In this document: piece by piece, positions 60,801 through 64,000 of the stretch
Numbering within the stretch: the first letter of the stretch is position 1
Layout: each line of letters opens with the position of its first letter
Source: an uncultured Verrucomicrobiae bacterium
Lineage (GTDB): Bacteria; Chlamydiota; Chlamydiia; Chlamydiales; Rhabdochlamydiaceae
Assembly: GCA_963718565.1 (NCBI GenBank)
Contig: OY970364.1
Span: 448,001-512,000, forward strand
DNA length: 64,000 nucleotides
Direction: 5' to 3'
Notes under the pieces: generated by a model
Databases searched by the model: none
Told to the model about the DNA's origin: nothing
Seen by the model: only the letters and a program-made list of their open reading frames with translations
Position numbers and translations under genes: made by a program

Positions 60801-62105
60801 AATAGAGTCCAGGATACGTCTTCCTTGCGAGGCGATGGTATCCATATTTAAAAAATTCATCGCTGGCCCCCCAGCTGTAGCCGTTCCACTACTTGAACTT
60901 ATCGCAGCTTGGGTTGTCGTCCCAAGTTGTTGAGAAGTAGGAACTTGTGGAGAGAGGAAGTCTTGGAAGTTTTGGTACATTCTTCGGGGTAATGGGTCCA
61001 CGTACATCATCATCCCGCGTCCGATTCCTTCCACAAGAATATCCGTTGCTTCCTCAATGATTCCGCGCTGAGCGCTGAACCCAACTGTGATGATTTGGAA
61101 AGGGGCATCAGCTTGGGTGAGTAGTTGTCCGTGTAGAGGTGGTGCAGCTGGATCGCTCAATATGCCTCGAAGCCCTTGGTGGAATTGTTCTAATTGCAAC
61201 CATTGATTGGCGACAATTTGCGTCACCGCAGTGCGTTGGGATAGCAGTAATTGGAGTTTTTCCAGAAGATTTTGAACGAGGGGCAATAGTTCGAGTGAAG
61301 GTGCATTTCGACTTAAAGCGTTGCGGTAAGCCTCGAGGGCGTCTTTGGTCTGTCTCAAAAGAAGGGGCGCACGCGCGTTCAAATCGCGTCTCAATGTGGC
61401 TAGCCCCTCTGCGATGATTCCATGCTGCGGGTGATTAAGCTGCTGACGTAAAGCTTGGATAGGCCCGCTGGCGTCGCTCATGCTTTGCGTCAGAAAATTC
61501 AATGTTTGAATCAGAGCTCCTTCATGATTTTCAATGATGCCAGCAAGGACCTCTTCAGCGATTTCAAGCCTTTGTCGAGCAGTGGCGCTCACAGTCAATA
61601 CTGGAGATGCTCCTTCCACTGTCGAAGGTTGTACGGTCACATCAGTATCGAGCAATCCTCTTAAAGTGGTGAGGGCATCCACTCCCTGATCAAGGATCGT
61701 AGGGGCTAAAGTGCGGATTTGAGCGGCATTTAGACCCTCTAATAATCGTTTGATTTCGTTCAGGTCCGCTTGAGAGGGATTGTTTAAAAAAGCGTGGAGG
61801 ATCTGCTGCAGTTGATGATAATTTTCTGGACAGCGGCGAAGAAGCGCATGAATAAAGACATCGCGCACACGATCGATAATTTCGGCTTGATTATTGGTGA
61901 AAAGTTCAGAGATTCGGTTGGCGAAACCTTGTGCGGCCTCTTCAGTTGCCTGTCTGGCAGGTGTATAGATGACATGCTGAGTTCCATTCCAGAGCCTAGA
62001 AAAAAGACCAGGCGTTGATTGTTGCGATGGTTGCTGGGAAGGATTCGTGGGAACCTCAGTGCGGAAATATTGCCCACGGCTTGCCGATATTGGTAGTGCT
62101 GACAT
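57861..62105 (-). CDS. 1414-aa Q/L-rich helical protein (effector candidate)
   Basis: Long ORF, S/P/Q-rich N-terminus, no Sec signal; C-terminal half similar to the upstream gene. Confidence 0.8.
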   Translation of the reverse strand: MSALPISASRGQYFRTEVPTNPSQQPSQQSTPGLFSRLWNGTQHVIYTPARQATEEAAQGFANRISELFTNNQAEIIDRVRDVFIHALLRRCPENYHQLQQILHAFLNNPSQADLNEIKRLLEGLNAAQIRTLAPTILDQGVDALTTLRGLLDTDVTVQPSTVEGASPVLTVSATARQRLEIAEEVLAGIIENHEGALIQTLNFLTQSMSDASGPIQALRQQLNHPQHGIIAEGLATLRRDLNARAPLLLRQTKDALEAYRNALSRNAPSLELLPLVQNLLEKLQLLLSQRTAVTQIVANQWLQLEQFHQGLRGILSDPAAPPLHGQLLTQADAPFQIITVGFSAQRGIIEEATDILVEGIGRGMMMYVDPLPRRMYQNFQDFLSPQVPTSQQLGTTTQAAISSSSGTATAGGPAMNFLNMDTIASQGRRILDSILNSAGGAFSQQGAHSLATLVRYAFEKIRDHIQRTSEQQHLLGTIDPMIRRLQGAIDHSSWGELTAVLQEAFQFMQAQQVYLQGIRLPLNPVRTNASAIPDFIQNINTHQNLLQPPSERVPQTLSDRDIQQKSELFKSRASSIGPATFVLEKVCRIRTDDAFYAEIYKASDHSDKDLSSIFRQHLFEKIDRANLGFFSVMIKWSAKRIYDFLMPLSSFYVNAIFDNVFNLVKNWTKNTPSSHESKEESFIKLARNWLAVTSGAYNQVASAPNSQARDFNLMMEEAIRAPERNGGLQPNELFAAVAKTVIDSFGPQIKWNETIDLYFKTQIPAHSPVHFLNPLLSGLNYFCSFALKAMLFVPQWIGNQILQGGAKIALSHTPFLQNYSEQTIELLRRNTPTAYATQCLLYRQLQKILQLLQQSLNDDTNGMTGLRSRDTNIRRVEITGLVEYLTEILNKSQYRTQDRLNNYLQHRAPIRDSVGRELEDAVIPEVMETIIMTFSTVLEAVTQESEMQQMLYDGLCIANDFFDNKESVSDADFATIERAIQRLTDEILEAMIFYTIDEKFDFTNEKQKRGITSFIRTMKEQSQTFANQIQQNIQEIPLHAISSPPLVSKISTMIEHSCRYHRERVDALGQADGNRNFHTETKHHLNQLSRQLLSHCNPITLHLNTIKNSADEIAFYDRLLHPILLSFQINRTLSGVLQHQNLSSQDLAFCHTQLACFQQHLSTLQRYQSPLPLTDEMEQSYRNFASSLQNIENLQKSQAILRSVSPLFLQLKQEKLNVGGQPPSTALRQLERQLCTLLDTLPFPEQGSSLNQQILTLMLAQNEQAIETAASQFLTLHFQCNVRSCNEENTELLTLRQNQTSLHTRLHTVTEEFSHRISSDKSTIRNHFQEVTNRIGELNIWAQAQHDLPIWNLFIFDMQWMTETVKNLAFDRAQTKVKQLFESLYQRHNYLGFVNQVAFLPFLEKFGKHHLKL

Positions 62106-62178
62106 TCAAACACGTGGGTTGAAGCTGCAAATTGCAGAAAAATTTCCCACTTTTATTGATTCTCGTCAATTCAATCTT

Positions 62179-64000
62179 TCACTTGTTAGGAGCCTGTGTG
62201 GCTTGAACATAGGGAAGCAGGAATAGGTGATGGAGCAGGCCGTAACGATAGGTTTCTTCACGACTCAAGAGGCTTATAAAGCCATCCGATCGTTCCCGAA
62301 CGCGATCGTAAACAAGCCCTGAAGCCCAGTCTTGCAATTCCTTCAAGTCGACAACTGAGAAGTTAGCATAAGGAATGAGTTGAACGTGCTCTTGTTCCCA
62401 AGCTGCCAAGGTCTGTAGATGTTGTTGCGCAAGGGCGATAGATTCTCTGATTCTTCCTCTTACTGTTGCGTCGTGATTGGGCTCAAGAAGATGTGTCCCA
62501 TCGAGCGTACAAACAACATTTTGATAGGTCCGATGATAACTGCCTCGTTGGATGTCCCTAGAAGCATTTGCCTGGGCCATCGCCTGTTGGCAAATTCTGA
62601 TAAATTCCTGCTTGGCAGTATCGACCTGTTGCGCAAGTGTAGCCTGCTCCATGTGACGCAGTTGCGTTAAAAGCTGCGGACGATAGACGTCATCACATGT
62701 CTGTGACATTTCCTGTTCGAGCGTCGTTAACTTGTTTTTGAAAGAGATATTTTCAGTTGTCGATTCTAAAGACTGTTTCTTTTCACTCGCGATTTGTTCA
62801 AGAAGCGAATTAGGTTGTGCCTGAGCAGTGCAGAAGAGATTTGTTTTGATCGCTTTTCGCAGATCGATAAAGATCGTTGCAAAGATTCGCGTTTGGGTTT
62901 CGATCTGTTCAGCAATTGCGGCAAACTGGCGCATTTTTTTGAGTTCCTTGAGATGTGTGTCAAGAATGGCGAGTTGAGTTTCGCAGAAAGCAAGATCTTC
63001 ATCCGTTGGCACTCTTGGATGGAAGAGGCGTAGTGGAATTGCCGATGCGATCGTTTTAATTTCGCTTAAACGAGGGGCAACAATCCGGATAGTTTCTAAT
63101 GTTTTCGCGTGTTGCTTTAACTGAGCAGTAGCCTGAACAAGAGGTTGTGATTGCTGAGCAATTCCTAAATAGCGCTTGCTGATTTCATCTCTGTTGTCAG
63201 TGTTGATTTTAGAACTTTTAGCCTGAGTAATCGATTCATAGCACTTGGATTCGTAAGCCAGTACCTCTTCGGTAATCTTATTGATTTTGTTTTTACCTTC
63301 TGGGGAACTGAAGTCCATATTTGCTAGAGCTGCTAAATCCTGGTCTGTTGTCGTGAAAAACTGCGAGGAAAGATTGTGCAGGTTACTGATAAAGCTGTTG
63401 GCTTCCTGTTGCTGTTTTTTGCCAGTGAGATCGAATTGCTCTTCCACAGCAATATTTACAGCTTCCCGCAGAATTTGGCTACTCAGTTGTGCAATTTCAC
63501 GTTCATCTTCTTGCGCTTGTATTGGGCTCAATGAGGGCTCTTCGCTAAAAGTGCTATTGACCAGATAGGTGAATCTATAAGCAAGCTTTTGCAGCTGGTC
63601 TTCTTTCACAAGAGATTGGATACCGAGTGCGAAAATGTTGGAGACTTTTTCAATGATCTCCTCGAGAAATAGATCATCGATGGCCTGGTTGACTTTTGCA
63701 CTCCAGAGCTTTCCTTTGATCAAGTTGCGCAATTCGTCCTTTGTTTGGCATTTTGATTTCCTTAAAATTTCAAAAAGATTTTTAACAAGTCCGTGTAATT
63801 CATTCTTTTTCGCATCTGAAAGTTCAGGAATTTCTATCGGGTTGTCTTGTTGATGAGCATACTGAGCCTGGAACAATTTCCAAACCTCTTTCAATTGTTC
63901 ACAGACGATTCTATTTAATGCTGGGGAGTAGCCATGGACGTCTTGAATCGATCCCACAGATTTATCGATGATGAAACGAACGATCTCCTCTGGACGACTA
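62179..64000 (-). CDS. Paralogue of the 1414-aa protein (5' part outside window)
   Basis: Frame stays open to the window edge; EEQFDLTGKKQ resembles DEKFDFTNEKQ; similar C-termini. Confidence 0.8.
   Translation of the reverse strand, partial: SRPEEIVRFIIDKSVGSIQDVHGYSPALNRIVCEQLKEVWKLFQAQYAHQQDNPIEIPELSDAKKNELHGLVKNLFEILRKSKCQTKDELRNLIKGKLWSAKVNQAIDDLFLEEIIEKVSNIFALGIQSLVKEDQLQKLAYRFTYLVNSTFSEEPSLSPIQAQEDEREIAQLSSQILREAVNIAVEEQFDLTGKKQQQEANSFISNLHNLSSQFFTTTDQDLAALANMDFSSPEGKNKINKITEEVLAYESKCYESITQAKSSKINTDNRDEISKRYLGIAQQSQPLVQATAQLKQHAKTLETIRIVAPRLSEIKTIASAIPLRLFHPRVPTDEDLAFCETQLAILDTHLKELKKMRQFAAIAEQIETQTRIFATIFIDLRKAIKTNLFCTAQAQPNSLLEQIASEKKQSLESTTENISFKNKLTTLEQEMSQTCDDVYRPQLLTQLRHMEQATLAQQVDTAKQEFIRICQQAMAQANASRDIQRGSYHRTYQNVVCTLDGTHLLEPNHDATVRGRIRESIALAQQHLQTLAAWEQEHVQLIPYANFSVVDLKELQDWASGLVYDRVRERSDGFISLLSREETYRYGLLHHLFLLPYVQATQAPNK

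Overview
Chromosomal window from an environmental chlamydia (phylum Chlamydiota). The assignment is inferred from chlamydial gene blocks: groEL-groES-pepF, ihf-LDT-accA-msbA, pdhABC, lpxD-skp-bamA-recR-fabHDG-acpP, ssb-pepA and trxB...acpS. Most of it is housekeeping genes. The striking non-housekeeping content is a dense set of short palindromic, MITE-like elements. Family A has GAGGGAATTGCAAAACT termini and 4-bp target duplications. It occurs as an empty 47-bp form, 182-bp and 257-bp forms, a copy split by an IS3, and a copy attached to a truncated transposase that may be its parent. The 257-bp copy is inserted in frame (87 codons) into the signal peptide of an outer-membrane protein, as Rickettsia palindromic elements do. 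There are also ERIC-like TATACC...GGTATA elements and other hairpin repeats. Other mobile DNA: an apparently intact IS3-family element, and a group II intron with a frameshifted reverse transcriptase inserted precisely into the EHNFG|HG motif of a deleted IS transposase. Next to that is an AT-rich three-gene cassette: a small putative precursor with a beta-strand, Phe-terminated C-terminus plus two tandem double-domain retropepsin-like proteases, one apparently inactive. Two very large paralogous helical proteins (effector candidates) close the window. No tRNA, rRNA or CRISPR array was seen. All family assignments come from motif recognition, not database searches.
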